From: Nitrospirota bacterium
GTDB taxonomy: Bacteria > Nitrospirota > UBA9217
DNA: 64,000 bases
Direction: 5' to 3'
Assembly (NCBI GenBank): GCA_963740085.1
Contig: CAVUCU010000001.1
Location: 736,001-800,000, forward strand
The notes beneath the pieces were generated by a model. The model was not told where the DNA came from, ran no database searches, and saw only the letters and a list, made by a program, of their open reading frames with translations. The position numbers were made by a program, and so were the translations under genes. Below, in pieces: positions 1 through 11,171 of this stretch; position 1 is the stretch's first letter; each line of letters starts with the position of its first letter.

Positions 1-216
1 CGAGTGAGTGCAGAATGAGCTTTTTCATTTCAAGCTGGGTCATGGGATATTTTGGCCTGGCATCCTCTCTCATCGATAATAACCTGCTCAATGACTACGA
101 TATCGGATTTTTGACTGCTCGTGAGTACTTATTATACCAGATGCTGGAGCTTGTGTTCCAGAATACCATTTACGCCCATGGCAAGCTCAACCAAATCCCA
201 GCACTGCAGGACCCGT

Positions 217-1388
217 TCAAGCAAACTGCCCGGCAGCGTGCCCCGATGCCCAGGCCCAGTGGAGATTGTAGCCGCCGAGCAATCCGGTCACGTCAACCAC
301 TTCTCCGATGAAATAGAGACCGGACCTCTTCTTTGCCTCCATGGTCTTTGAGGAAAGCTCATCCGTATTCACACCGCCTGCAGTCACCTCCGCAACATCA
401 TACCCTTCGGTCCCTTGGGAATGATCCTCCATGCATGAAGTCCTTCCGCTATCTCCTTCAGCTCTTTATCAGAACATTGATTGATCGGTTTTGATATGAA
501 CAGGTGATCGCACCAGGTCTGAACGAACCGCCTGGGGAAATATCCTGCGAGAAAGTTACGCATCTCCATCTTGCTCTGCCGCGCGGACAGAAAGACTCCG
601 TGGATATCCAATGCGGGGAGGAGATCGATCAACACCGGCTCACCATGCTCACGGTAAAGCGACGCCTGGAGCGCAGCAGGTCCGCTCAGTCCCCGGTGAG
701 TGAATAGGATGTTCCCGCGAAACGTTCTTCTGCCGACGGAAACAGCGGCGTCAAAGGCAATGCCTGCCAGTCCCTTGAAGACCTTTTGGTCCCGGCCCTG
801 GAACACGAAGGGAACGAGCGCCGGCCTGACCTGCGTGACCTTGAGCTTGAACTTCCTTGCCACATCATGTCCGAATCCGCTCGCCCCCAGTCTGGAACAG
901 GAAAGCCCTCCCGTAGCAATGACCAGCGAGTCCGATGAGAATATTCCCTCGCTCGTGGTGACGGTGAACACCCCTGCATGGCTGACATCCGATATGCGGC
1001 ACATGAGCCGTATCTCCACACCCGCCTGACCACACTCCTGTTCGAGAGCGGTAATGATCTCCCGGGAGCTCTTGACGCAGAACATCTGGCCCGCCTCTTT
1101 TTCGTAGTAGGCGATATGGTATTTTTCGACAAGAGAGAGGATATCGCGGGGCGTAAAGCGAGCAAGTGCCGACCTGCAAAAGTGGGCGTTCTGGGAAAGA
1201 TAGTGGTCAGGGGTGACGTTCAGGTTCGTGAAATTGCAGCGGCCACCGCCGGAGACGCGTATCTTGGAGCCTGTTTTTTCTGCGTGGTCGATCACCAGAA
1301 CGGACCGGCCGCGCTTGCCGCATTCGATAGCGCACAAGAGACCCGATGCTCCGGCGCCGATGATGATGACGTCTTTTTTCATTTGCAT
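217..1388 (-). CDS. HI0933/YhiN (BaiN)-family NAD(P)/FAD-dependent oxidoreductase; one frameshift near 410-430
   Basis: N-terminal GAGASG Rossmann motif and KIRVSGGGRCNFTN in ORF 384..1406. The C-terminal AEVTAGGV...GLYFIGEVVDVTGLLGGYNLHWAWASG is in another frame (217..432). Confidence 0.85.
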
Positions 1389-1702
1389 AGAATTACCGGT
1401 TATCACCGTTCTTCCGGTGGGGAAATCGGCTGTTCAACGATACTGTCGAGACCATAGGGGCGGTATACTGTGGCCGTCAGAATAATGGGCAACCACGGCG
1501 GGTTGCCCCACAAATTACAATTCAGGATATCATCAATTATACGCAATGACAAGAAATTATGAAACGCGTCTCAACACAGAATTCGTAGCAAGTCCATCCT
1601 CTTTTTGCTATAGTTCCAGTATAACCTTCAAAGAGAGGTCAATATTATTCGCAACAAATGACTACACAGGTCTTGACGTCAGCATGACAGAGGAGGTTGT
1701 CG

Positions 1703-3407
1703 ATGGAAGCAGTCCCGTCATATTCCGATCATCCCTGGATCCGTTTCTATGAAGAGGGAGTTCCTGCGCACCTGGAGTACCCCAATATCACCGTGGGAGA
1801 GGTCCTGTCCCGCACCGTGTCGAAGTTTCCGGACCATACCGCGCTCCTCTTCTTCGGGAAAAAGATATCCTATGAACAGCTTGATGCGCTCGTGAACAGG
1901 TTCGCCCATGCGCTCGCCGGGCTTGGAGTAAAAAAGGGAGACCGGGTGGCGCTCATGCTCCCGAACATCCCGCAGATGGTCATCGCCTATTACGGGACGC
2001 TCAGGATGGGCGCCATTGCCGTTGCCACCAATCCCCTCTACCATGAGCACGAGCTCGAAGTACAGCTCAGGGACAGCGGAGCCGAGACGCTCGTGGCCGT
2101 GGACATGTTCTACCCCGTAATTTCCGGCGCCCTTCCTAAAACGAGCGTAAAACGACTCATCCTCTGCGGCATCAAGGACTATCTGCCCTTCCCGCTTAAT
2201 CTGCTCTATCCGATCAAGGCGAAGATCGAAAAGCAGTGGGTGAGCGTAAAGCGGGTGCCGCCGATCTTTGACTTTTTATCGCTGGTCAGCAAGGCCCCGG
2301 CAACTCCGGTCCTAATCACGTTATCTCCCGATGACACAGCAATTTTACAATATACAGGAGGCACGACCGGTACGCCCAAGGGTGCGATCCTTACGCATCG
2401 AAACCTCGTTGCCAATGCCGTGCATAACAGGGTCTGGCTCACACGCGGTAAGGAGGGCGAGGAGAGGATCCTGGCCGTCATCCCCTTTTTCCATGTGTAC
2501 GGCATGACCACTGCCATGAATCTCGGGGTGCTCATGGGCGCCGAACTGATCCTCCTCCCCAAGTTCCACACCAGGGAGGTGCTCACGTTCATCAACAAAT
2601 ATCGGCCCACGATCTTCCCGGGGATCCAGGCCATGTACCTGGCGATCAGCAACTACCCGAAAATCAAGAAGTACGACCTCACTTCGATCAAGGCCGCGAT
2701 CAGCGGCGCGGGCCCGCTCATGCACGAGGTGCAGGAACGGTTCGAGCAGCTGACCAAGGCCCGGATCGTAGAAGGCTACGGCCTGTCCGAGGCCTCCCCC
2801 GTCACCCACTGCAATCCCGTTTTCGGCAAGCGCAAGCCGGGAAGCATCGGCCTGCCGTTTCCGGACATGGAGGCAAAAATCGTGGACATCGAGACCGGTG
2901 AAAAAGAAGTGCCGGTGGGCGAGACCGGGGAGCTGGTGGTCAAAGGCCCGCAGGTCATGAAAGGCTACTGGAACAAACCTGACGAAACAGCCCACGCCCT
3001 CCGTGGAGGATGGCTTCACACCGGCGACATCGCGAAAATGGACGAAGACGGTTTTTTCTATATAGTGGACAGGATCAAGGACATGATCAAGACCGTGGGC
3101 GAAAACGTCTATCCCCGGGAGATCGAGGAGGTCCTGTTCATGCACCCCAAGGTAAAGGACGCCGTCGTTGTGGGCATTCCTCACGAGGAGTTCCTCGGTG
3201 AGAAGATCAAGGCATACATCGTGCTCAAAGACGGGAGAGACGGCCACTGCGGAGGAGATCATCCAGTTCTGCAGGGAACAGCTCTCGAAATTCAAGGTCC
3301 CGAAGGAAGTAGAGTTCCGGGACCAGCTGCCGAAGACACTCGTGGGCAAGGTGCTGCGGAGGATACTCAGGGATGAGGAGATGAAGAAACTGGAGACTAA
3401 ACAGTAG
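1703..3407 (+). CDS. fadD: long-chain fatty acid-CoA ligase; frameshift near 3235
   Basis: AMP-binding motifs [19 protein letters not shown] and GWLHTGD. AGGAGG precedes ATG 1703. The C-terminal [23 protein letters not shown] continues in a shifted frame (3168..3407). Confidence 0.88.
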
Positions 3408-3482
3408 AACGAGTTCAGCGCAGGTAGCAAGGAGAGTAAATTCGGTTTACATTTCTGATAGTATCTTACAAAGGTATGTTTT

Positions 3483-3560
3483 ACCGAGGAGACGCGGAGG
3501 CACAGAGAAAAGCTCTTTGATTTAGCCATGTTCTTCTCGGCGTCTCAGCGCCTCAACGGT
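3483..3560. repeat. CRCNRAK-subrepeat hairpin element (CGCGGAG/CACAGAG class)
   Basis: Left arm ACCGAGGAGACGCGGAGGCACAGAG and right arm CTCGGCGTCTCAGCGCCTCAACGGT, with an AT-rich spacer. Confidence 0.65.
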
Positions 3561-3584
3561 GGATTTTTAGTTTCTTAGCACAAA

Positions 3585-4502
3585 TTATTTTTGAAGCTTT
3601 GCCGTCAAAGCAGGAACGAACTGCATCACATCGGCCACCACCAGCACGTCCGCCACCTCGCCGATGGGAGCGTCCTTGTCCTTGTTGATCGCAACCACGA
3701 ACTCCGATTTCTTCATCCCTGCCACGTGCTGAATTGCCCCGGAAATGCCGCACGCCACGTAGAGCTTCGGCGCCACGATCTGACCGGTGGTTCCGACCTG
3801 ACGGCTGTGCTCGAGCCATCCCGCATCGACCACCGGCCGGCTTGCCCCCAGCTCCCCCCCAAGTGCCTTGGCCAGCGCTGCGATGATCGCCACATTTTCT
3901 TTTTTCCCGATCCCCCGGCCGGCGCTGACGATCACCTCTGCCCGTGCCAGGTCCACTTCCTTTTTCTGCGCAGGTTCATAGCCGACGAACTCCAGGGGGG
4001 AAACCGCATCGTCCAGATCGATCTTTTCCACCTGCGCCTTCCCCTGCGGTTCCCCGGCAGCATTGAAGGCCCCTTCTTGAATGGTGAGAACCATCTTTCC
4101 CGTAGCAAGGGTGATGGTCCGCCGCAGCTTGGCATTGCAGAGACCCACTTCGAATTTTCCGTCCTTGATGCCCGTGATCTCGGAAACCTGTCCGGCCTTT
4201 AGGACCGCCGCCACTCGCGGGGCCAGGTCCCAGCCATAAGAGGAATGGAGGAAGACGACCGCGTCGGGGTTCTCCCTCTTAACCGCTTCCAGCACGATCC
4301 TTTTGTGCAGGTCCGGGTTGTATTCACCGTACTTCTCCGCATCAGCCACGTAAACTTTCGCGTTGACCCGGGGGGCTGCCGCTTCCTTCCCGATCAGGAC
4401 CATTACCTTGTCGGCGCCCAGCTTATCGGCAAAGACCGTCAGTTCATAGCTGGAATCGAGAAGTTTTCCTTCCCGGTATTCGCAAACGAGCAGTGCTTTC
4501 AT
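3585..4502 (-). CDS. etfA: electron transfer flavoprotein alpha subunit
   Basis: VSAGRG, GASRPVVD, QVGTTG and YVACGISGAIQH motifs. AGGAGG RBS before ATG 4502. Confidence 0.93.
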   Translation of the reverse strand: MKALLVCEYREGKLLDSSYELTVFADKLGADKVMVLIGKEAAAPRVNAKVYVADAEKYGEYNPDLHKRIVLEAVKRENPDAVVFLHSSYGWDLAPRVAAVLKAGQVSEITGIKDGKFEVGLCNAKLRRTITLATGKMVLTIQEGAFNAAGEPQGKAQVEKIDLDDAVSPLEFVGYEPAQKKEVDLARAEVIVSAGRGIGKKENVAIIAALAKALGGELGASRPVVDAGWLEHSRQVGTTGQIVAPKLYVACGISGAIQHVAGMKKSEFVVAINKDKDAPIGEVADVLVVADVMQFVPALTAKLQK

Positions 4503-4554
4503 GTCTGATCCTCCTAATCTTGACAAACCGGAACTAAGAAACCAAAAACATATC

Positions 4555-4647
4555 AACCACGGATGCACACGGATGAACACGGATAAGAATCAAGTTTATG
4601 TTATCTTATTTGTTTTCAATCGAGTGTCTATCTGTGTTAATCCGTGG
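4555..4647. repeat. CRCNRAK-subrepeat hairpin element (CACGGAT class)
   Basis: AACCACGGATGCACACGGATGAACACGGAT ... ATCGAGTGTCTATCTGTGTTAATCCGTGG. Confidence 0.75.
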
Positions 4648-4682
4648 CAAAAATTCTTTTCATTTCTTTTTGAGCATAGTTA

Positions 4683-5460
4683 CTATCTCACAACCTTGGT
4701 TTTCTCCTTCAAAATACCAATGAGCCTGCCGACCATATCGTTCACATCCCCTTCCAGGACAAGCGCCGCTCCCCTTCTTCGCCGGCGGATACGCGCTGGC
4801 GGTGGAAATCAGTTCTTTCTCCTTAAGGAAGTCGGCGATGGGGAAAGCGATGAGCTCCTTCTTTTTAGCCTTCATGATATTGGGAAGGGTCGGATAGCGG
4901 GGCGTATTCAGTCCGAGCTGACAGGTGAACAACGCCGGCGGTCTGAGCTTCACGACCGCTTTCACACCCCCTTCAAGTTCGCGCTTCGCGGTGATGCCGG
5001 CATCGGCATAGACAAATCCGATCATGGTAGTGACGCAGGGGATGCCAAGGAATTCGGCTACGAAGACCCCGACCTGGGCAGAGCCCCGGTCCTGAGACTG
5101 CATACCGGTGAAGATCAGGTCAAAGTTCTTATTGCGGGCAAAGCCAGCGATGGTCGAAGCGATCTGCCAGGGATCTTTCCGAAAGGACGCATTGTCCTGA
5201 ATGTGGACGCCGCGGTCACATCCCATGGCCAGGGCCTTCTTGATCATTTCGACGATCCGGTCAGGGCCGATGGAGAGGACCGTAATATCCGGCGTGTTGC
5301 CCAGCTGCTCCTTGAGCTGCACCGCCTGCTCAACGGCATACTCGTCATACTCGTTCATCCTGAAGGCAAGGTCGGTCTCGTCATACCAGGTCCCTTCCCC
5401 GTTGACCTTGAACCGGGATGCCATATCAGGCACCTGCTTGATGCAGACCAGTATCTTCAT
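4683..5460 (-). CDS. etfB: electron transfer flavoprotein beta subunit; frameshift near 4765
   Basis: MKILVCIKQVPD, MNEYDEYAVEQA and NTPRYPTLPNIMKAKKK. A natural-looking C-terminus (..VLEGDVNDMVGRLIGILKEKTKVVR*) is in another frame ending at TAG 4683-4685. Confidence 0.88.
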
Positions 5461-5502
5461 CACATTCCTCCTCATCATGATAAATCGGAAACAAAATCAT
5501 TG

Positions 5503-5632
5503 AACCGCGAAGGCGCGAAGAACGCGAAGGAAGGTCTAAAGATTCTTCGTGGTTTAAAACAAGAATTAAAGATTTTCTTCGCGTGATTCCCTAAGTGGCC
5601 GCTTTTCTTTCATACTATTGCGCCTTCGCGGT
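5503..5632. repeat. CRCNRAK-subrepeat hairpin element (CGCGAAG class) with a 25-bp internal insert
   Basis: AACCGCGAAGGCGCGAAGAACGCGAAG ... CTTCGCGT[insert]TTGCGCCTTCGCGGT. Confidence 0.7.
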
Positions 5633-5651
5633 AAATTTCTTTTTTGAGCAA

Positions 5652-7647
5652 TTACTCTTTCGTTACAATCCTTGCCGCCACGATCTCGGCCAGATCAAGC
5701 GCCTTCAGTTTTTCCTCGCAGTTATTGATCTTTATCCCATCCTCGAACATGGTGAGGCAGAATGGACAGTTGGAGACAAGAAGCGGGGCCCCCGTTGCCT
5801 GAGCCATGGTTACCCTTGCTGCACTGATCCTCGTCCCCAGCTTCTCTTCAGCCAGGATCCTGCCGCCGCCTCCGCCACAGCAGAAACTCTCATACCCTGA
5901 CTTTTCCATCTCCGTGATCCTGCCGCCCGCCGCCTTGAGCACGGCGCGCGGCTCGGTGGTGATATCCATGTAGCGTCCAATGTAGCAGGAGTCGTGGTAG
6001 GTGAACTCAAAAGGCGCTGGTTTTATTTTGAGCCTGTTGCTGTTGATAAGCCCGTTGATATACGTGGTGTAGTGCTCGACATCGATCTCCAGCCCCAGGT
6101 CTTTGTAATCTCTCGCGAGTGTATTAAAACAATGGGGGCAGGTGGTGACGATTTTCTTGACACCGTACGACTTGATCCGCTCGATGTTCGCGGCGGCCAT
6201 TGTCTGGTAGAGATATTCGTTCCCCAGCTTCCTTGGCGGCTCGCCGCAGCATTTCTCCTCTTTGCCGAGGATGCCGACCCGGATGCCCGCGGCGTTGCAG
6301 AGAGTAATGAAGCTCCGGGCAACATCACGGTTTCTCTTGTCAAAAGAAGCGTAACAGCCAACGAAGTAGAGGATATCCACGTCGCGGTCCTGCTCCATGA
6401 TCTTCACATCGAGCCCAGTAGTCCATTCGCCCCGGACAGCGTACGCAATTCCGAAAGGATTGCCGTTCACCTCTACATCATTGATTGCTGTCTTCACCTC
6501 GTCACCGGGGAAGATCCCACGCATGAGTGAAAGGTCCCTGCGCATCTCGAGAATTTTATTCACGTGCTCGATATTTGCCGGGCAGATGTGCTGGCAGGCG
6601 AAGCAGGTAGTACACGCCCAGAGCACGTCCTCCTTCACGGTTTCGATCAGGTCTGACCCGGGTCTGGTGAAGGCCACCTCGCCGATCTGCTTCACTACTT
6701 TCATGGGAGACAGGGGTTTGCCCGTTGCATAGGCCGGGCAGCGTTCCTGACAGCGCTTGCAGGTGGTGCAGGCGTCGGCATCGAAAATGTCCTTCCACGT
6801 AAGATCGGATACCTTTGCCGCCCCGAACTGTTTGGCGCCCTCGTCTTCCAGGTTGATGGTGGCGATACTCCCCCTGGCTCGACAGGTCGGTGAACAGGTA
6901 GTTGGTAGAGGTGGTGAAGATGTGGCGAAGCTTGGTGAAGGGGATAATGCCAATGAAGCCCATGCTCAGGAAAAAATGGGTCCACCAGAGCTATCCTGTG
7001 GGTACGGAACAGCACCTCGGCTGTCATGTCGAGAAAGAATAGCTTCCCGATGAGCGCGCCGACGGGAGAGAAGATTGCCAGATCGAGATTGTTCCTGAGC
7101 TCGGTATCGGCCATGCGCAGACCTTCGACGACAAAGCCGGTCACAGGATGCAAAACAGCAGCGCGTGTATTATATAGTCATCACTGATGGTCTCCAACCC
7201 TTCCGGTTTTACCAGAAAGCGGCGGACGAGAAGCCCTCCCAGCATGATCAGCGCGACAAAGCCGGCCACATCGAGAATGAAGGAAAATAACTTATAAAAG
7301 GTCCCTTTGAGGAACATCCACCCGAAGATCGGTTGGGTGAAATCGACCTGGGCCATGATGAGAAGCGTGCCGATGAAGAGGATGCCGAAGCCCCAGAACA
7401 AGAGGGCGTGTATTGAGCCGGGGCCGAATACCCGAAGCACCTGTGCCTGTGCAAATATGTTTTTCAGAAGCAGAAAGATCCGTTCCCGAAGGCGGTCGAG
7501 CCTGTTCAGCGCCTTTCCCAGGTTATAAGTAGAAAAGCGGCGGTAAAATCCATACAGAAACACCCCGATGGCAACAAAGGCAAAAAAGTACATCGGCACT
7601 ATGACCCCATGCCCGACGTTCCAGTATATTTCCCGCGTGGCTTCCAT
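5652..7647 (-). CDS. fadF: membrane-bound Fe-S oxidoreductase, FadF/HdrD-like (ETF:quinone oxidoreductase candidate); frameshifted into 3 or more pieces
   Basis: N-terminal TM helices (7141..7647). Two CxxCxxCxxxCP ferredoxin motifs (CTTCKRCQERCP, CTTCFACQHICP). Two CCG domains (KCCGEP, FCCGGGG). Confidence 0.8.
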
Positions 7648-7687
7648 GACGTGCTCCTATTGACTGATTCTTAAGAAGTCAAAATCT

Positions 7688-7767
7688 ACCACGGAGACAC
7701 AGAGACACGGAGTACGACATCTTGAAATTAAATCTTTTCCACCCTGTGCTCTCCGTGACTCAGTGGT
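7688..7767. repeat. CRCNRAK-subrepeat hairpin element (CACGGAG/CACAGAG class)
   Basis: ACCACGGAGACACAGAGACACGGAG ... CCCTGTGCTCTCCGTGACTCAGTGGT. Confidence 0.75.
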
Positions 7768-7804
7768 TAAACTTGCTTCTTTACGAAATTTTCCTGCGCA
7801 GTTG

Positions 7805-9583
7805 TTAAAAAATATATTTCTCCGCCTCAATAGCGGCGTTAGCCAGCAGACGCTTCTCGCGGAGAAGCCCGGTGGCATCGTATTTGGTGAACCGTCTGAT
7901 CCCGTTGAGCAGCACGGTCAGGTTGTCTCCCTCTTCGATGAAGTAGGCCGCCTTGCGCGCTGCGGTGGCGGTCTGCTCGGCGGCGTTGAACGTAAAGACC
8001 TTCACCGCAGCCGTAACAACCGCCTTTTTAGCATCGCTCAATGCAGGAAGGATCTTCTCAGCGCGCAGGACAGCGCTCTCGATGGCGAAGATATTGATGG
8101 CGACATCGGCGATGGCCAGGAGGACCTCCTGCTCGTCCTTGATGGTGGTCATGAATTTTTGAGCCCCGCTCCCCGCGATCACCAGGAAGATCTTTTTCAA
8201 ATTCGCAAGGAGCGTCTTTTCCGCGGCAAAGGGGCCACTATCTCCGGACTCATCGAAAGAGGGGGTCATGAGCGACTCGAGCGCCTTCATCGCCTCGCGC
8301 TGCAACGGGATCTCCCCTTTCATGGTCCGCGTCAGGATCATGCCCGGGATCAGGAGACGGTTGATCTCGTTCGTCCCCTCGAAGATCCGGTTGATCCGTT
8401 CATCTCGGTAGAACCTTTCGGCCGGGTAGTCCTGGATGAAGCCGTAGCCGCCGTGGATCTGCACTACCTCGTCCACCACGTCGGCAAGGACTTCACTGCA
8501 GAACACCTTGGCAATGGCGCACTCGATGGCATACTCCTCTATCCCCTTCTGGTAGACTTCGTAGTAGTTGGGGGTGTCTTTTGCGATGGTGGCGAGTCGG
8601 TTGTCGATCATACCCGCCAGGCGATAGACAAGCGATTCCGAGGCGAAGATCGCGGCCGTCTGATCGGCTATCTTCTCTTTGATCGCCCCGAAGCTGGCAA
8701 TGGCGACGCCGAACTGCTTCCTGACAACAGCGTATTTGATCCCTTCGCCAAGGGCGTGCTTGGCGGCCCCGGTCACGCCCGCACCCAGCTTGAAACGGCC
8801 GACGTCCAGGACGTTGAAGGCTATCTTGTGCCCCTTGCCGATCGTGCCGAGCAGGTTTTCCACCGGCACCCTGGCATTCTCGAGAACGATCTGCGTGGTG
8901 GAGGTACCCCTGATCCCAAGCTTTTTCTCCTCCGGTCCCACCGACAACCCCTCGGTGGTCCGTTCCACGAGAAACGCGGTGAAGTGCTCCTTGTCGATCT
9001 TGGCAAAGATCGTATAGAGGTTGGCGAAGCTGCCGTTGGTGATGAACTGCTTCGTGCCGTTGAGGAGATAGAATTTTCCATCTTCAGAGAGGGTGGCCGA
9101 GGCCTTTGCCCCGAGGGCGTCGCTCCCCGAGTCCGGCTCGGTCAGACAGTAGGCAGCGACCCATTCACCGCTGATGATCTTCCTCAGGTATTTTTCCTTT
9201 TGCTCTTTGGTCCCGTAATAGACGAGCGGGAGCGTACCGATGCCGGTATGGGCCGAGTAGGTGACGGAAAAAGAACCGGAGGTCGAGATCTTCTCGGCCG
9301 CCAGCATGCTGGTCGCCTTGTCGAGTTCGAGACCGCCATACTCCTCCGGGGCATCGATCATGAGAAGCCCAAGCTCGCCGCACCTTTTCATCAACTGGAC
9401 CACCAGGTCGAAATTGTGTTTCTCGATCTCCTCCTGCCGTGGAACGACCTCGTTCAGGACGAACTGCTCAGTGGTCTCGCCGATCTGTTTCTGCTCGTCG
9501 GTGAAATCCTCGGGTGTAAAGATATCGTCCTTGGTCACCTCGGTGATCAGGTACTCGGCCCCTTTGAAAAGTTTCGCGGCCAT
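7805..9583 (-). CDS. fadE: acyl-CoA dehydrogenase (Bacillus FadE-like, ~590 aa)
   Basis: AYCLTEPDSGSDA, LNGTKQFITN, QIHGGYGF and RIFEGTNEINR motifs. Intact ORF. Confidence 0.92.
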   Translation of the reverse strand: MAAKLFKGAEYLITEVTKDDIFTPEDFTDEQKQIGETTEQFVLNEVVPRQEEIEKHNFDLVVQLMKRCGELGLLMIDAPEEYGGLELDKATSMLAAEKISTSGSFSVTYSAHTGIGTLPLVYYGTKEQKEKYLRKIISGEWVAAYCLTEPDSGSDALGAKASATLSEDGKFYLLNGTKQFITNGSFANLYTIFAKIDKEHFTAFLVERTTEGLSVGPEEKKLGIRGTSTTQIVLENARVPVENLLGTIGKGHKIAFNVLDVGRFKLGAGVTGAAKHALGEGIKYAVVRKQFGVAIASFGAIKEKIADQTAAIFASESLVYRLAGMIDNRLATIAKDTPNYYEVYQKGIEEYAIECAIAKVFCSEVLADVVDEVVQIHGGYGFIQDYPAERFYRDERINRIFEGTNEINRLLIPGMILTRTMKGEIPLQREAMKALESLMTPSFDESGDSGPFAAEKTLLANLKKIFLVIAGSGAQKFMTTIKDEQEVLLAIADVAINIFAIESAVLRAEKILPALSDAKKAVVTAAVKVFTFNAAEQTATAARKAAYFIEEGDNLTVLLNGIRRFTKYDATGLLREKRLLANAAIEAEKYIF

Positions 9584-9645
9584 GGGATTCACCTCGTCCT
9601 GTTTTTAAGACTACTCAGGTCAAACGTAACAACAAAATTAATTTT

Positions 9646-9773
9646 ACCGCGAAGGCGCGAACGAGAATCTTGTAAGGTTTGAAATAACGCAAAAAACCTT
9701 TTTTGTTCTTGACGTCCTTCACGACCTTGGCGGATTCCTAAGTGGCCGCTTTTCTTTCATAGGCCATCGCGGT
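9646..9773. repeat. CRCNRAK-subrepeat hairpin element (CGCGAAG class) with the same 25-bp insert as at 5.6 kb
   Basis: ACCGCGAAGGCGCGAA ... CTTCACGACCTTGGCG[insert]GGCCATCGCGGT. Confidence 0.6.
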
Positions 9774-9808
9774 TCAAAGATTTTGGATCTGGCTAGCGTG
9801 GTTATATC

Positions 9809-10983
9809 TTACATCTTCTCAAAGATCCCCGCCGCCCCCATGCCGCCGCCGATGCACATGGAGACCATGCCGTAGCGGACATTGATGCGCTGCATCTCAT
9901 GGAGAAGGGTTGCGGTAAGTTTGGCGCCGGTGCAACCAAGGGGATGCCCCAGGGCTATGGCGCCGCCATTCACATTGATCCGTGCCGGATTCAAACCGAG
10001 GACCCGGATGCAGGCGAGAGACTGGGCGGCAAAGGCCTCGTTTAGCTCGATGAGGCCGATGTCATCCTGCTTCAGGCCGGCGAGTTTCAGGGCGGCCGGG
10101 ACTGCCTCGATCGGGCCGATCCCCATGATCTCCGGCGGCACTCCTTTAACGGCAAAGCAGACGAACCGGGCCAAAGGGGATTTGCCGCTCTTCTTCAGAA
10201 ATTCTTCGGAGACGACCATCGCCGCCGCGGCCCCGTCGGTCATCTGCGAAGAGTTGCCGGCCGTGACCGTACCGTTCACCTTAAAAGCGGGTTTCAACTT
10301 TGCCAGGATTTCAGGCGTCGTATCCCCCCGTACCCCGTCATCGATGCTGATGAATTTTTTCTCTCTCTGTATCTTGTTGTTGACCAGGACGCAGTTCTCA
10401 ACCTCGACAGGGATGATCTCCTCCCGAAACTTACCCTGCTCGATGGCGGCCGCGGCCTTGACATGGCTCGCCGCTGCAAAAACGTCCTGGTCTTCCCGGG
10501 AGATATCGATATTTGTCCGCCACCAGTTCGGCGGTGATCCCCATGGTCGCGAACGATTCCGGCCAGGAGGCCCCCAGGGAGGGATTAGCGCTGTACTTGT
10601 TCCCCCCCATCGGGATCATGGTCATACTCTCGGCGCCGCCCGCGATGATGCAGTCGGCAAAACCCGCCATGATCCGCTCTGCGGCCGAGGCGATGGTCTG
10701 CAGTCCGGACGAGCAGAAGCGGTTGACGGTCTGGGCCGGCACCTGGTAAGGGATCCCGGCCCTCAACGCCGCGACCCGCGCCATGTTCATTCCCTGCTCC
10801 CCTTCGGGGAAGGAGCACCCCATGATGACGTCCTCAACCAGCAGCGGGTCGATGGCCGTTCTCTCCAGCAGCCCTTTCAGAGCAGCCGCTGCCAGATCGT
10901 CGGGCCTGCACATCCTTTAATTTTCCCTTATTCGCCTTGCCGCTGGGAGTACGGTAGGCGGCCAGGATATATGCGTTTCTCAT
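9809..10983 (-). CDS. fadA: acetyl-CoA C-acyltransferase (thiolase); several frameshifts
   Basis: [13 protein letters not shown] start, NRFCSSGLQ (catalytic Cys), [13 protein letters not shown] and MCIGGGMG, spread over ORF fragments. Confidence 0.88.
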
Positions 10984-11027
10984 CGATATCCTCCGTTGTT
11001 TATGTATCTCGAAAACGTCAATTGATC

Positions 11028-11137
11028 TCTCGCAGAGGCGCAGAGTTCGCAGAGAAAAGCACAAAAATATAATCTCAGTTAAAACCAAGACGTAAAGGTT
11101 TTGATTTAACTCTGCGTCCTCTGCGTGCTCTGCGAGA
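11028..11137. repeat. CRCNRAK-subrepeat hairpin element (CGCAGAG class)
   Basis: TCTCGCAGAGGCGCAGAGTTCGCAGAG ... CTCTGCGTCCTCTGCGTGCTCTGCGAGA. Confidence 0.78.
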
Positions 11138-11171
11138 AAAGGCCTTTTGGTTCCCGATCGTCCGGGTTAGA

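Noticed and set aside
1-76. 5' part of a minus-strand gene at the window edge (MREDARPKYPMTQLEMKKLILHSL...)
   Set aside because: Too short to support or identify.
7763-9682. Long antisense ORFs (e.g. 7763..9682 +, 17553..18818 +, 26566..27924 -, 43724..45217 +)
   Set aside because: They are shadows of well-supported GC-rich genes on the opposite strand and have no recognisable motifs.
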